DNA from: Lama guanicoe
Lineage: Eukaryota
Direction: 5' to 3'
Assembly (NCBI GenBank): GCA_013239625.1
Contig: MU053994.1
Location: forward strand, 4,011,434 to 4,075,433
Length of the DNA: 64,000 nucleotides
Positions 62,480 to 64,000 of this stretch are shown here, piece after piece. The translations under genes and the position numbers were made by a program. How positions within the stretch are numbered: position 1 is the stretch's first letter; every line of letters starts with the position of its first letter. Below the pieces are notes generated by a model. That model was not told where the DNA came from, ran no database searches, and saw only the letters and a program-made list of their open reading frames with translations.

Positions 62480-63330
62480 GGAAAATGTTGCTATAACCCT
62501 GGGGTTGACAAAACCTTAATAAAATACGAAATGCACAAACCAGAAGGAAAAGCTCAACACATTGGGGTATATCAAAATTAAAACCTTCTGTATAAGAAAA
62601 TGGACCATTAACAAAGCTTCCAAACAAGATTAGACTGTTTGCTACAGACATAAAAGGCAAAGCATTAGTATCAAGAATATATGAAAAGATTCTGTAAATG
62701 AACATGAAGACAAAAAAAAACTATAGAAATGAAGACTCTAGGCTAACATTTGATTCATAGAAATAGGAGTATAAGTGAAAAAATGCTCAATCAGGGAAAT
62801 GCAAGTTAAAATAACAAAGAATTACCTTTTATTATTTGTAAAAATCTGAAAGTTGATAATATAAAGTGGAAATAGAAAGATAATAATAACATCTATTAAT
62901 TGAGCTTTATGTGTGAACTATCAAATTTAATCCTCAAAACAGAGCTATGAGACAGTTGATGTCAGTGTAAATTGGATCAGCTGCATCAGTGGGCAATTTG
63001 GTTTTATCTACTAAAACTTAGCATGTGTACGCATACCCCATGACTCAGCAATTTCACTTCTTAGCATCATCTACCTTGGAGACATACTTGCTCATGCCCA
63101 CAAAGAAGCATGTACAAGGATGTTTACTGCAGCAGTATCTGTAACAGTGAAAAATTGGAAATGAGCTAAATGTCCAGTAATAAGAGAATGGTTATTTGTC
63201 TAATTCATACAGTAGCTCAAATGAATGCATACGGTTATAGGTTCTAACATGGATAAATCTCCCAAATATAGTGTTAAGTAGAAAAATCAGATTATAGACC
63301 AATCTGATTTATGTTAAACACATAACATCA
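62480..63330 (+). mobile_element. Old L1ME-like ORF2 end and 3' UTR
   Basis: AAAATTAAAACCTTCTGT, ATCAGGGAAATGCAAGTTAAAATAACA, CCATGACTCAGCAATTTCACTTCT and AAGGATGTTTACTGCAGCA. Confidence 0.8.
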
Positions 63331-63529
63331 GCACTATACATTTTACTACACAGCATCTATACATATATAAAATATATATTAATCTTAATTAAACTTAATT
63401 TTTATTGAGACAAAACTAAAGCTCAGAGAATCTAAGCAACTTTCCATTTGATATTTATGAGACATCTGAAAGCATTGTAATTACTTGGTTTTTTATGTGC
63501 AATGGCAGAAGGATATACAGGGATAAATC

Positions 63530-63735
63530 AGGCTTCTCTAATCCCAGTTCTGCTACCAACTGGCTATATTATTATTGATAAGTCAGTTACCCTCTCTGAC
63601 TCTTATTACTCCAGCTGAAAAATGGCAATAATAATACCCATCTCTCTTATAAGATTGTTTTCAGGATAAAACAGGGTACCACATATAAAGATCTTAGCAC
63701 TGTACCTGACCCTCAAAACACAGTAGCTATTCTTC
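63530..63735 (+). mobile_element. MIR SINE
   Basis: TAATCCCAGTTCTGCTACC...AAGTCAGTTACCCTCTCTG...AAAATGGCAATAATAATACC. Confidence 0.8.
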
Positions 63736-64000
63736 TTAATAACATTGAGGAAGGGAAAGAAAAACTGCGAGAGGTCTGTTAGGAAATAATTAATTTCTTA
63801 GTTGAGCTTTTTTCATAAGGATAGGAAAGATGTTGTAGACTGTAGAAATAGTATACCTGCGTGTTGGAATACAAGCTGGGGTGAAACACAGTGGGAAATT
63901 TGATGAGCTACTTGTAGCTGAGTAAAGGAGTGTCAGGGAGAGGAAGTTTGGGTCAAACTGTGGACGAACTTGGTTGCCCTGCTGTAATATTTGGGCTTAA

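Overview
This is repeat-rich, AT-rich, CpG-depleted mammalian non-coding DNA, either intergenic or deep intronic. Two tRNA-derived SINEs that look like Vic-1 point to a camelid genome (camel, alpaca or llama). I find no recognisable protein-coding gene, RNA gene, CpG island or processed pseudogene. The ORF-track entries are either decayed L1 ORF1/ORF2 fragments or chance ORFs. More than half of the window, by eye, is transposon-derived: old L1M, L2 and MIR copies, MaLR/ERVL/ERV1 solo LTRs, hAT and Tc1-mariner fossils, and short younger L1 3' ends with target-site duplications (TSDs). There is one 121-N assembly gap. Repeat family names come from my recall of consensus sequences, not from a search, so the class is more reliable than the subfamily and boundaries without a TSD or TIR are approximate. 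I did not find a convincing undescribed biological system. The best leads are a perfect palindromic RFX X-box in a CpG-retaining unique segment near 12.4 kb, two candidate small exons, a three-level LTR nest, a rearranged L1 cluster, and a probable false duplication at the gap.
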